Of a DNA stretch of 64,000 nucleotides, positions 7,574-16,279 are shown one piece after another. Position 1 is the first letter of the stretch; every line of letters begins with the position of its first letter. Both the position numbers and the translations under genes were made by a program. The notes beneath the pieces were generated by a model. It had not been told where the DNA came from, did no database searches, and was given only the letters and a program-made list of their open reading frames with translations. The DNA comes from an uncultured Candidatus Saccharibacteria bacterium (GTDB lineage Bacteria > Patescibacteriota > Minisyncoccia > Phycocordibacterales > UBA5272). Location of the stretch: positions 30,668 to 94,667 of the forward strand of contig CAZJDZ010000002.1 in NCBI GenBank assembly GCA_964544935.1. Reading direction: 5' to 3'.

Positions 7574-7596
7574 TTGACAAATACTTTATATATGAT
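7574..7596 (+). promoter_or_regulatory. Promoter-like cTTGACAaatactttatatatgat; spacing to the -10 is ambiguous
   Basis: Perfect TTGACA. TATGAT sits only 11 nt away, so an alternative -10 is possible. Confidence 0.35.
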
Positions 7597-7600
7597 AGGG

Positions 7601-7719
7601 TGTTTTTTGTCGCTCAAGAACTGAGCGATACGGGCGGAACCATCTTTGGTTCCGCATAGTTGTCAATGTAGCGACCGTTGGTCTCGCAACCACGTTAGCC
7701 ACTACCCAAGGAGAGAACG
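7601..7719 (+). promoter_or_regulatory. GC-rich 5' leader; its last ~60 nt are paralogous to the leader at 8576-8635 and include the RBS (ggtctcgcaaccacgttagccactacccaaggagaga)
   Basis: About 36 of 40 nt identical to the other leader just before the ATG. Contains the hairpin ggaaccatctttggttcc. Confidence 0.45.
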
Positions 7720-8166
7720 ATGATCAAGAAGATGATGATGTATCTCGCAGCCATGGTTGCTGCCTTCACCTTCGCCGTGCCCGCGGCGTTCGCAGCTCCC
7801 TCCAACACCAACGAGAGCTTCTCGTTCCGTGAGACGGTGCAGCCGCCTTCGGTCTGCTCGTGCAAGTGGAAGGGGTGCACCTTCGGCTGCAAGCCGAAGG
7901 CACTCGCTGATGACCTCAAGGCGCTGATGGCGCAGGAGGTTGCGGTTGCTTCCGAGCAACAACCGGACGGCCGAAGGAAGCCCACGCGCTGCTCGGGCCC
8001 GACGTGCATCCTGAAGGGCTCAGCTGCCGACCCCATGGTCACTTCCTTTGTCGACAGCTTCATGCCGGCCGATTCCCTGGATCCGGACGGCCGAAGGAAG
8101 CCCACGCGGTGCATCAGCAATCCGAAGTGCACCCGTGCCAGTTTGGAAGGCTCCACGTCGAGCTGA
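7720..8166 (+). CDS. GC-rich secreted Cys-rich small protein, 148 aa, with a signal peptide and two copies of the motif PDGRRKPTRC
   Basis: Signal peptide MIKKMMMYLAAMVAAFTFAVPAAFA. Eight Cys residues. 26-nt internal DNA repeats at 7963-7988 and 8083-8108. Confidence 0.6.
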   Translation: MIKKMMMYLAAMVAAFTFAVPAAFAAPSNTNESFSFRETVQPPSVCSCKWKGCTFGCKPKALADDLKALMAQEVAVASEQQPDGRRKPTRCSGPTCILKGSAADPMVTSFVDSFMPADSLDPDGRRKPTRCISNPKCTRASLEGSTSS

Positions 8167-8215
8167 TCCACGTGCACTGGATGATCAAGAAATCTTTTAC
8201 AGGATGACTTGATCT

Positions 8216-8252
8216 CCAACCCCACCCATCAGGGTGGGGTTTTTCTTTTTTT
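8216..8252 (+). terminator. Intrinsic terminator (aaccccaccc-atca-gggtggggtt followed by tttcttttttt)
   Basis: GC stem plus a long T-tract. Confidence 0.7.
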
Positions 8253-8406
8253 ATAGATACGTGTATGAGTAGATATTTGAATTATTTTTATAGTTTTTAC
8301 TATTATTGAATACAGTTATCAGCTAATGTTTGTCTTGAAAATTCATAAAAAGTGTATATATAATAATGTTTTTAGTTGATTATAATCATTTGTCAACGTA
8401 AGGTGC

Positions 8407-8434
8407 TTGACAAATATTTTGTATATGCTATACT
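8407..8434 (+). promoter_or_regulatory. Sigma70-like promoter TTGACA-N16-TATACT
   Basis: cttgacaaatattttgtatatgcTATACT. Confidence 0.5.
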
Positions 8435-8436
8435 AC

Positions 8437-8635
8437 ATCTTGTCGCTGGATAGTCGGTAGCGTAAGCCCGTAAGGGAATCGCCTCCAACATCCTTTGCCT
8501 GCTGGTCATTCAAGGCCTGCCGGCGTCGCCGCGACGTTGAGCGGCGGGGTCACCTGACCTTGCCGCGACAGTACCTTCCACAACGGCAACCGTCGGTCTC
8601 GCGACCACGCTAGCCACAACCCAAGGAGAGAGACC
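8437..8635 (+). promoter_or_regulatory. GC-rich ~200-nt 5' leader; its 3' end is paralogous to the leader at 7601-7719 (ggtctcgcgaccacgctagccacaacccaaggagagagacc)
   Basis: Conserved RBS-proximal block. Internal hairpin cgccgcgacgttgagcggcg. Confidence 0.4.
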
Positions 8636-8776
8636 ATGAACCGTCTGACCCATGCCCCGCCGACCAGTACCCATCTGAGTCATACCTCCGGCACCAAGAT
8701 CCTGGGCCTGTCCGCCTGCACCTCCGCCAAGCTGGCCGCCGCCGGCGCCCGAACGCCGGCCTCCGGCATCAGCTGA
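8636..8776 (+). CDS. GC-rich 46-aa peptide (MNRLTHAPPTSTHLSHTSGTKILGLSACTSAKLAAAGARTPASGIS); possibly lipobox-like (LSAC)
   Basis: ATG immediately after the conserved leader/RBS. Too short to appear in the ORF track. Speculative. Confidence 0.35.
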   Translation: MNRLTHAPPTSTHLSHTSGTKILGLSACTSAKLAAAGARTPASGIS

Positions 8777-9045
8777 CCGGTCGCGTTGGCCAAGCACATC
8801 GTCGCAGGCGGCTCATTGAAAGCGTTGTGAACTCTGTTCACTCCACTTGTCTTTGGCCGCCTGCGCGATGAACTCGCCGCACTGCGCGCGCTGCTTGCGT
8901 GCCACGGCCTCAGGTGGTCTGCCTCGAGACATCTGTAGGCGGTCCGCGGCGAGTGTCTCCGCCCCCCGAAGCCCATCTCGGCGGGGTAACCTCGGAGCTA
9001 GTTAACTTAGGACTAGCGTCATTCCGAAAGACCTGAAAGACTAAG

Positions 9046-9082
9046 TCTCCCCGAACCGCAAGGTTCGGGGGGTTTTTATTTT
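9046..9082 (+). terminator. Intrinsic terminator (ctccccgaacc-gcaa-ggttcgggggg followed by tttttattttt)
   Basis: 11-bp stem plus T-tract. Closes the GC-rich block at 8777-9045. Confidence 0.65.
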
Positions 9083-9083
9083 T

Positions 9084-10415
9084 ATGGTAGAGTTTATATA
9101 TATGTTTTCATTTTTTATACAACAAGGTTTACGTCTGCGCGGTCTGAATACGTCTGCGCGGTCTGTATCTAGTCGGGTGTATTTGGATAATGCTGGGGCG
9201 ACAGAGGTAGGAGAGCGCGCGAAGCGCGCTCTCCTAGAATCACTCGACGTATACGGCAACCCCTCAGGTATTCACAAAGAGGGGACAGAGGCAAGCGTGT
9301 TACTTGATAAAGCACGCGCACTCTGTGCAACAGTGATCAACGCACATGCATATGAGGTGTATTTCACTTCATCTGGTACAGAGTCATGTAATCTTGCAAT
9401 CCTCGGAACCTATGATGCATTTGCTACAAACTACAAACTACAAACTACAGGCTTAGCCGCACTCCCTCACATCATTGTTTCTTCTATTGAGCACCCTGCA
9501 GTTCTCGAACCTGTTCGAAGATTGGAGAAAGCGGGGAAGATTCGAGTGATCTATCTTCCAGTATATGAAGATGGAATAGTAAAGGTGAATGATCTTATAG
9601 AAGCACTTACTGACGAAACTATCTTGGTAAGTGTTATGTATGCTAATAATGAAATTGGGACACTGCAACCTATTAAAGAAATTGGTCGAGCGATAGAAAA
9701 CTGGAAACGTGAGAAAAACCTTCCACACACTGCATATCCATATTTTCATACTGATGCATGTCAGGCAGCAAATTACTGCAATCTAGATGTGCTCCGACTT
9801 AAGGCTCATATGATGACTGTTAATAGTAGTAAGGTATATGGTCCGAAAGGGTCTGCATTTCTGTACAAACGTGAAGGAGTAAAACTTTCTCCGCTATCAC
9901 ATGGTGGTGGGCAAGAGCGTACACTTCGTAGTGGGACAGAAAATGTTGCGAGTGCGTATGCATTTGGAGTTGCGCTTACTGAGGCTCAAAATATGAGAGA
10001 AGAAGAAAGTGCGCGCTTGCGCGCGCTTCGTGACGAGACAGTTGCGTCACTAAAAAGTTCAATCCCCTCAATTATTTTCTACGGAGCATTTGATGAGTAT
10101 TTTGAATTGCTACCAGCTACTAGTCAAAAGCTAAAGGCTGTCCAACGTCTCCCAAATAACATCAACTGTCGAGTACCGGGTATCTCAAGTGAGGAGATGA
10201 TTCTTCGTCTTGATGCACAAGGGTTCGCTGTCTCACATAAGTCAGCTTGTGCGTCTATGGAAACTGATGGCAGTTATGTGGTTACAGCACTTGGTGCAAC
10301 AGAAGATGAAGCCCGTGAAAATATTCGTATTAGTATGGGAAGGAGTACAACAAAAAAAGATATGGAAAAATTTGTGAAAGCAGTACAAGACATAGCTAGT
10401 AAATACAAAAAATAA
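9084..10415 (+). CDS. Cysteine desulfurase (class V aminotransferase, NifS/IscS family)
   Basis: YLDNAGAT and GNPSGIHKEG segments, a PLP-lysine region SSKVYGPKGSAFLY, an active-site Cys loop HKSACAS, and GGGQERTLRSGTENV. The true start may lie downstream of the first ATG. Confidence 0.8.
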   Translation: MVEFIYMFSFFIQQGLRLRGLNTSARSVSSRVYLDNAGATEVGERAKRALLESLDVYGNPSGIHKEGTEASVLLDKARALCATVINAHAYEVYFTSSGTESCNLAILGTYDAFATNYKLQTTGLAALPHIIVSSIEHPAVLEPVRRLEKAGKIRVIYLPVYEDGIVKVNDLIEALTDETILVSVMYANNEIGTLQPIKEIGRAIENWKREKNLPHTAYPYFHTDACQAANYCNLDVLRLKAHMMTVNSSKVYGPKGSAFLYKREGVKLSPLSHGGGQERTLRSGTENVASAYAFGVALTEAQNMREEESARLRALRDETVASLKSSIPSIIFYGAFDEYFELLPATSQKLKAVQRLPNNINCRVPGISSEEMILRLDAQGFAVSHKSACASMETDGSYVVTALGATEDEARENIRISMGRSTTKKDMEKFVKAVQDIASKYKK

Positions 10416-10505
10416 ACTGCATGTCACAGTTCTTGACATGTTTCTAAACATAAGTAGTATTAAGATATTCTTGTTTGTTAGTAGTTTCTTGAACTGGAGG
10501 CCAGT

Positions 10506-10994
10506 ATGGTCCTTGAAGACTATGAAGGATATTCGGTATCTCAATTTGCAAGAGTGCTTTGGCGCGCCCTCTTTGAATATTACGAAGCTTTAGAAACAAG
10601 AAGTCAGAAGTTCTTTTACCTAGAAGGTGTCGATCCACTTGATGGTAAGACCCCAGGGGAGTCGATACGAGTATTGTATCTTGGGCTTAAGACAGATGAA
10701 GCTCGCGATAACTTTGTTTACGCTATCAAGGAGCTCCTTGAGACAAGACTGCATATGTCAGTGAGTGAGCTTTTCCAAGATATTCTTTGTGTTACTTTTG
10801 ATCTGCGGCGCCATGAGTTACTTGTGCCACTTGCCAAGTGTTTCTGTAGGCGTCAAAGTGACACCGATACACAGAAACTTGTGATTCTAACAAAAATACT
10901 TTTGATTATCGGAGCTATGCGTGAGCATCCCTCTGCACAAAAAGCAGTAAGGATTCTAAAAAAAGCATCAAAGACTTTTGCTAAGCAGACATAA
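10506..10994 (+). CDS. Hypothetical protein, 162 aa
   Basis: Clean ORF with a TTGACA-N16-TAGTAT promoter upstream and a terminator downstream. Confidence 0.5.
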   Translation: MVLEDYEGYSVSQFARVLWRALFEYYEALETRSQKFFYLEGVDPLDGKTPGESIRVLYLGLKTDEARDNFVYAIKELLETRLHMSVSELFQDILCVTFDLRRHELLVPLAKCFCRRQSDTDTQKLVILTKILLIIGAMREHPSAQKAVRILKKASKTFAKQT

Positions 10995-11031
10995 TACATG
11001 TACTAGGCTAAAGAGCAGTACAAAGTAAGCA

Positions 11032-11066
11032 CCCTAACCTTTTGGTTGGGGTTCTCTTTTTTATAA
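11032..11066 (+). terminator. Intrinsic terminator (caccctaacc-tttt-ggttggggtt followed by ctctttttt)
   Basis: Stem plus T-tract. Confidence 0.55.
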
Positions 11067-11125
11067 GTCTACTAAAAGTAGATATGATATACTTTTTGTA
11101 TTATTGATAACTAAACTACTATAGT

Positions 11126-11686
11126 ATGTATATTGCAAAAGATTTTTCACATTTGCTTGGTCTTACTGGATTAAGTGATGCGCTCCTCAATAATCACTTC
11201 ACTCTGTATCAAGGGTATGTGACAAACACCAATAAGTTGATTGAGCTTCTAAAAGATAAAGAAGCAGGGACACCAGAATATGCAGAACTTCATCGTCGTT
11301 TTGGGTGGGAATGGAATGGCATGAGACTTCATGAGCTTTACTTTGAAAATATTTCTAAGAATCATGTTCCATTAAGTGAGCGTACGCTTAAGCAGAAGAT
11401 AGAAGGCACATGGGGATCGGTAGAAAACTGGGAAAAAGAATTCAGGGGTATGGCTGCTATGCGTGGTATTGGTTGGGTGGTACTTGCTCATGATAAAAAA
11501 GATGGAAAGCTCTTCAACATCTGGGTAGGGGAACATGATGAAGGGTACCTTGCAGGACTTACACCGCTTCTTGTTATGGATGTATTTGAACATGCGTTTA
11601 TGCTTGATTATGGTATTAAGCGTGCAGACTACATCAATACATTCATGTCATCAATTGATTGGCATGTGGTGGAGGAGCGAGTGTAA
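11126..11686 (+). CDS. Fe/Mn superoxide dismutase family protein
   Basis: C-terminal GWVVL...PLLVMDVFEHAFMLDYGIKRADYINTFMSSIDWHVVEERV matches the SOD signature (DVWEHAYY...NW..V). N-terminal NHFTLYQGYVTN resembles the His-His region. Confidence 0.75.
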   Translation: MYIAKDFSHLLGLTGLSDALLNNHFTLYQGYVTNTNKLIELLKDKEAGTPEYAELHRRFGWEWNGMRLHELYFENISKNHVPLSERTLKQKIEGTWGSVENWEKEFRGMAAMRGIGWVVLAHDKKDGKLFNIWVGEHDEGYLAGLTPLLVMDVFEHAFMLDYGIKRADYINTFMSSIDWHVVEERV

Positions 11687-11732
11687 CAGAACGCAGACTT
11701 TGCAGACTACTGCAGACGTAATACATAAGTTA

Positions 11733-11762
11733 AAAGCGGCGCCGTAGGTGCCGCTTTTATTT
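11733..11762 (+). terminator. Intrinsic terminator (aaaagcggcgcc-gtag-gtgccgctttt)
   Basis: GC stem plus T-tract. Confidence 0.65.
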
Positions 11763-12028
11763 GTCATTTTATATTGATTTGTCAAGTTGACTATCATGCC
11801 ATAATTTGAGAATGTAAAGATACCTACTCAGTAAAAGTAGGTATGGTTCTTATCCTGAAATGACTGCTTATCCACCACGACTGCTAGACGTTATTCTGCT
11901 ACACTGTATATGTATTTGAAAGATATAGTTCGTCCGTTTTGTAGTAATTATGTATTAGTAGTTTGTGTTTACTTTATTAGATTTTTTGAATCAGCTAATG
12001 CCTAAAGGCTACAACCTAATAGTTATCT

Positions 12029-14746
12029 ATGCCTCCATCATTTAATAATTTCACCACCAAAGCAAAAGAGGTAATTCGTCGTGCACATGAGCTTGCAATT
12101 GAGCGTGGGCAAAATCAAGTGAACCCACTTCATTTGATGGGCGCACTCCTAACACAAGAAGAATCTCTTGTGCACGCAATCCTTGAAAAACTAGAAATCG
12201 ATATCATTCACCTTACTGATAGTATTGTGGATGCAATTGAAGTTCCTGGATCATCTGCAACCATGAGTCAGTCATACCAGATGTATCTCACACCGGAACT
12301 TGCAACCACGCTTGAAACATCTCTTAAAGTTGCGCAGTCATTTAACGATGAGTTTGTTTCAACTGAACATCTTTTCCTTGCACTCCTTGAATCAACAGGA
12401 CAAGTTCGTGAGATACTCGCACGTTTTCGCATTGATAGAGATGCTGCGTACCATGTTCTTGAAGAACTCCGTACTCAAAATATTTCTGAAGCACAAGGCC
12501 CAAAGAAAAATAAAGCACTTCAGAAGTACACACGTAACTTCACTGACCTAGCTAGACAGGACAAGCTTGATCCTGTGATTGGTCGTGATACTGAGATCAT
12601 GCGTCTTATGCAGATTCTTTCTCGACGTACTAAGAACAATCCGATTCTCATCGGAGAAGCAGGAACAGGTAAAACTGCTGTTGTAGAAGGTCTAGCTATC
12701 CGTATGGCAAAAGGGGATGTGCCAGAGAGTTTGAAAGGAAAAGAACTTGTATCACTTGACCTTGGGACACTTATCGCAGGGACGAAGTTCCGTGGAGAGT
12801 TTGAAGAGCGTTTGAAAGCAATCATGAAAGAAATTGAACGATCAGAAGGGCAGTTTATTCTTTTTATTGATGAGATTCATACTATTGTAGGAGCGGGGGC
12901 AACAGAAGGGTCAGCGGATGCTGCCAACCTTCTCAAGCCAGCGCTTTCTCGTGGAGAACTTCGTGCAATCGGGGCAACGACTCTCAAAGAATACCAGAAG
13001 CATATTGAAAAAGATCCTGCTCTTGCTCGTCGTTTCCAACCTGTGTTTGTAGAAGAGCCTTCTGAAGTGGATGCTCTTGCAATCCTTCGTGGACTGAAGG
13101 AAAAGTATGAACTTTTCCATGGGGTACGTATTACTGATGATGCGCTTGTCTCAGCGGTAAATCTTTCTACTCGGTATATCACATCTCGTTTTCTTCCAGA
13201 TAAGGCAATAGATCTTATCGACGAAGCAGCGTCATCACTTCGTATTGCTCTTGAAAATAAACCTCCTGTGCTTGAGGATGCTCATCGCAGAATTATGCGT
13301 CTTGAAATTGAAAAAGAAGCCCTTAGTAAGGAGCTTATTGCAGATGAAGATAAGGAAGATGTGGTAACAACCAAGAAGCGCATCGCAACAATTGATGAAG
13401 AAATTGCAAACGTCAAAGAAAGAACTCGCGAACTCGAACTCAAGTGGAAGAATGAAAAAAAGACGGTTTCAGAAATTAGTGAGATTAAGAAATCTCTCGA
13501 ATCTCTTCGTCTTGAAGCAGAGAGTGCAGAACTCCGTGCAGATCTTACTCGTGTTGCTGAAATTAGATATGGTCAGATTCCCGAACTCACTCGTGAGCTT
13601 CATGATCGCCTCGAACGTCTCAAGAAACTTCAGAAGACTCGCAGAATTCTTAAAGAAGAAGTTACTGAAGAAGAGATTGCATCTGTAGTTGCGCGTTGGA
13701 CAGGCATTCCTGTAGTGAAGATGCTTGAAGAAGAGGAAGAAAAACTTTCTCGTATGGAAGAAGAGTTGGGTAAGCGTGTGATTAGCCAGCGTGATGCAAT
13801 TACAAAAATAAGTGGTGCTGTACGAAGAAGTCGTGCAGGTATCAATGATCCAGGGCGGCCAATCGGATCATTCATGTTCCTTGGTCCTACTGGAGTAGGA
13901 AAGACAGAGCTCACCAAGGCACTTGCTTCATTTATGTTTAACGATGAGAAAGCGTTGATCAAAGTAGATATGAGTGAATACATGGAGAAGCACTCAACTT
14001 CAAAACTTATCGGTTCACCTCCAGGGTACGTTGGGTATGACGAATCAGGGCAGCTTACAGAAGCGGTCCGTCATAGACCATACGCTGTGATTCTCTTTGA
14101 CGAAGTAGAGAAGGCTCACCCAGAGGTGTTTAATCTACTTCTGCAGGTACTTGATGAAGGACGTCTTACTGATAGTAAGGGTCGTGTTGTTAACTTCAAG
14201 AATACGATTATCATCATGACTTCGAATATTGGAAGTCAGTATATTCAGAAGATGGAACAAATTGGATTTTCTCAGATGACAGAAGGCGGTGAATATACTC
14301 AGGTCAAAGATCGTGTTATGGAGGCTGTGAAGGAGTTCTTTAAACCAGAATTTTTGAACCGTCTTGATGAGACAATTATCTTCGATGTTCTTTCTAAGGA
14401 TGAGATTAAACAAATTGTTGGACTACAAGTTGATGCGTTAGCAAAACGTCTTCTTGAAAAAGAAATCATCCTTGAAGTGACACCGGATGCAATTGCACAT
14501 ATCGGTGAGAAGTCTTACGACCCACACTATGGTGCGCGACCTATCAAGCGATTTATGCAGACCCATATCTTAAACAGAATCGCATCTCTTATGCTTTCTA
14601 AAAAGTTTATGAAAGGGAGTATCGCAGAAGTATCACTTGATAAGAAAGGGGAGATTGCTGTAGAGGCAAAGAAGCCTCGCAAGATCCCAAGTCCTATGAG
14701 TAGCGAGCTTCATCAAGCAAGTTCTGGAAAGGAAGCAAAGAAATAA
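12029..14746 (+). CDS. clpB: ClpB chaperone (Clp_N domain, two AAA+ modules and a coiled-coil middle domain)
   Basis: Two Walker A motifs (GEAGTGKT and GPTGVGKT), the long M-domain coiled coil and a Clp_N repeat. 905 aa. Confidence 0.9.
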   Translation: MPPSFNNFTTKAKEVIRRAHELAIERGQNQVNPLHLMGALLTQEESLVHAILEKLEIDIIHLTDSIVDAIEVPGSSATMSQSYQMYLTPELATTLETSLKVAQSFNDEFVSTEHLFLALLESTGQVREILARFRIDRDAAYHVLEELRTQNISEAQGPKKNKALQKYTRNFTDLARQDKLDPVIGRDTEIMRLMQILSRRTKNNPILIGEAGTGKTAVVEGLAIRMAKGDVPESLKGKELVSLDLGTLIAGTKFRGEFEERLKAIMKEIERSEGQFILFIDEIHTIVGAGATEGSADAANLLKPALSRGELRAIGATTLKEYQKHIEKDPALARRFQPVFVEEPSEVDALAILRGLKEKYELFHGVRITDDALVSAVNLSTRYITSRFLPDKAIDLIDEAASSLRIALENKPPVLEDAHRRIMRLEIEKEALSKELIADEDKEDVVTTKKRIATIDEEIANVKERTRELELKWKNEKKTVSEISEIKKSLESLRLEAESAELRADLTRVAEIRYGQIPELTRELHDRLERLKKLQKTRRILKEEVTEEEIASVVARWTGIPVVKMLEEEEEKLSRMEEELGKRVISQRDAITKISGAVRRSRAGINDPGRPIGSFMFLGPTGVGKTELTKALASFMFNDEKALIKVDMSEYMEKHSTSKLIGSPPGYVGYDESGQLTEAVRHRPYAVILFDEVEKAHPEVFNLLLQVLDEGRLTDSKGRVVNFKNTIIIMTSNIGSQYIQKMEQIGFSQMTEGGEYTQVKDRVMEAVKEFFKPEFLNRLDETIIFDVLSKDEIKQIVGLQVDALAKRLLEKEIILEVTPDAIAHIGEKSYDPHYGARPIKRFMQTHILNRIASLMLSKKFMKGSIAEVSLDKKGEIAVEAKKPRKIPSPMSSELHQASSGKEAKK

Positions 14747-14767
14747 TTAAGAAATAATAGTTTGTTA

Positions 14768-14810
14768 AAGCAAAAAGAGTGACGCCTACGGCGTCACTCT
14801 TTTTGCTTTA
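14768..14810. terminator. Bidirectional intrinsic terminator (aaagcaaaaagagtgacgcc-tac-ggcgtcactctttttgcttt)
   Basis: ~20-bp stem flanked by A and T runs. Confidence 0.7.
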
Positions 14811-14891
14811 ATCTTCATTTTTTGCTAGAATATTCTGTACTGTTCTTACAAAGGTTTTTTGTATAGCTTTGTATTAGCAAGAAAAATACAT

Positions 14892-14975
14892 GCGTCGGTG
14901 GTGGAGTGGTCAATCACAACAGACTGTAAATCTGTCGCCCTTCGGGCTTCGAAGGTTCAAATCCTTCCCGGCGCA
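14892..14975 (+). tRNA. tRNA-Tyr, anticodon GUA
   Basis: Acceptor gcgtcgg/ccggcgc. Anticodon loop ctGTAaa. Long variable arm typical of bacterial tRNA-Tyr. T-arm GAAGG-TTCAAAT-CCTTC. CCA is not encoded. Confidence 0.9.
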
Positions 14976-15020
14976 CTGAATGAAAAATACCTAAGTAACA
15001 ACTTGGGTATTTTTCATTCA
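14976..15020. terminator. Long AT-rich hairpin (ctgaatgaaaaatacc...gggtatttttcattcag) directly after tRNA-Tyr
   Basis: ~15-bp stem; a processing or termination element. Confidence 0.45.
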
Positions 15021-15034
15021 GCTCTGCCACAGAG

Positions 15035-15128
15035 GCAAGACAACTGCTTGTCTTGCGAAGGATTTGAATACGGGGTCGCGGAGCTTCTTCGACGAACGAA
15101 GTGAGGAGGAGCTCTGTGGCCAAATCCA
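15035..15128 (+). repeat. tRNA-adjacent structured repeat, copy 4, covariant: 5' hairpin GCAAGACA-actgct-TGTCTTGC, GAAGGATTTGAATACGGGGTCGCG, variable hairpin gagct...agctc, GTGGCCAAATCC
   Basis: Same architecture as copies 1-3 with compensatory changes. The outer stem now matches the tRNA-Tyr T-arm (TTCAAATCC). Confidence 0.55.
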
Positions 15129-15235
15129 ACACAGCATAGATTTATTACCAGTAGCATACATCTTTTGTGCCATTTTTGGATGTAAGAAGATATACTTATG
15201 TACCTGTTGTTATGCCGTAGTATCAGATACATTAT

Positions 15236-15268
15236 ACAAAAAGAAACCCGCCTAACTGCGACGGGTTC
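15236..15268 (-). terminator. Minus-strand terminator (aacccg...cgggtt with a U-tract) after ORF 15308-15862
   Basis: Hairpin plus an A-run on the plus strand at 15236-15244. Confidence 0.5.
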
Positions 15269-15307
15269 CGTGCGGTTGGCGGGTGTGTTCAGACTTGAAT
15301 GAACGGA

Positions 15308-15862
15308 TCAGACGGTGCGACGAATGGTGAACACGTCGTAGCGTTGAACTCCCAGATGGTGAACGCCTAGGGTGGTATAGTCAACCAACTTGGTTTCCTT
15401 CTGCCACTCGTAGCCTGATGGAAGAGTGTCGAGCGTCCCATCACTTGCACGTGGGTAGTTCACATCGTTCGAGTGTTCACTTTTGTCGTAATACTCCAGC
15501 AAGAGCGGACCACCAGTGGAAAGACCACCGTCACTAACGTGACCACCAGATTTGTAGTGGCCATGCGACCCCTTCCAAATCCTTATCTGGTACATCCCCC
15601 GCTTGTGGGGATCACCGTTGTGATAGGTGTCCTTCTGGTGAGGGCGGGTGATCATGATCTGGTCAAGCGGGAGCGTCTCCATGATGATGCGCCATCCGCT
15701 GGAGAGCTGGCCCTTGTTGGACTTCTGCCGAAGGGTTTCCAGCGTCCCAGTTCTCAAGACATCAGCGAGAAGCCCTGACTCGAGAACTTGCTGCGTTTGT
15801 TCTGACGAGATTTCCTTGAGCATGTCAAGGATCTTGGCTGCTTGGGCGAGGGTGGTTTTCAT
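15308..15862 (-). CDS. Hypothetical 184-aa protein, higher GC than the flanks; island gene next to tRNA-Tyr
   Basis: Clean ORF, SD ggagaaagtaaaggactggtATG. No family recognised. Confidence 0.55.
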   Translation of the reverse strand: MKTTLAQAAKILDMLKEISSEQTQQVLESGLLADVLRTGTLETLRQKSNKGQLSSGWRIIMETLPLDQIMITRPHQKDTYHNGDPHKRGMYQIRIWKGSHGHYKSGGHVSDGGLSTGGPLLLEYYDKSEHSNDVNYPRASDGTLDTLPSGYEWQKETKLVDYTTLGVHHLGVQRYDVFTIRRTV

Positions 15863-16035
15863 ACCAGTCCTTTACTTTCTCCGCTTAGCGGAATTATGAC
15901 GTCGCTTATGGATAGTTCCAGATCGCGGGCCAATTGGTTGCTGCTAGAGGACTTGCCTAACGGTTTCGTCATAGCAGGTAATAGCCATGTAAATCGCTAC
16001 TTTCTGCTATAACGAAACCCCTAACTCCTGGTACA

Positions 16036-16064
16036 TATATAGCACATTTATATTAATTTGTCAA
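16036..16064 (-). promoter_or_regulatory. Minus-strand promoter TTGACA-N17-TATATA followed by a ~190-nt structured 5' UTR
   Basis: Reverse complement aatatTGACAaattaatataaatgtgcTATATA. The UTR contains a ~15-bp hairpin ggtttcgttatagcag...ctgctatgacgaaacc. Confidence 0.5.
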
Positions 16065-16279
16065 TATTTTCTCCTGATTTGCTTGAACTTTTCTGCCTTT
16101 TCAATTGTTATTATCTTGTTGTATCAATAGAAGTGCTCTTATATGAGACGTTGAATAATATTTACAAGTTTGTTTCTAATTTTCGCTTGAAAAGTTGGAT
16201 ACCTAGTATCTCGATTCAATGTGATGCTAGCTCTCTAAAAAAATGCCGGAAACTACCCGTACTCAGGAGTTAGTTTTTT

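Noticed and set aside
7205-9082. RiPP biosynthetic cluster, with small Cys peptides next to a cysteine desulfurase
   Set aside because: No recognisable modification enzymes (YcaO, radical SAM, LanM and the like). The desulfurase is a standard IscS/NifS-type housekeeping enzyme with its own context. Kept only as a peptide-family finding.
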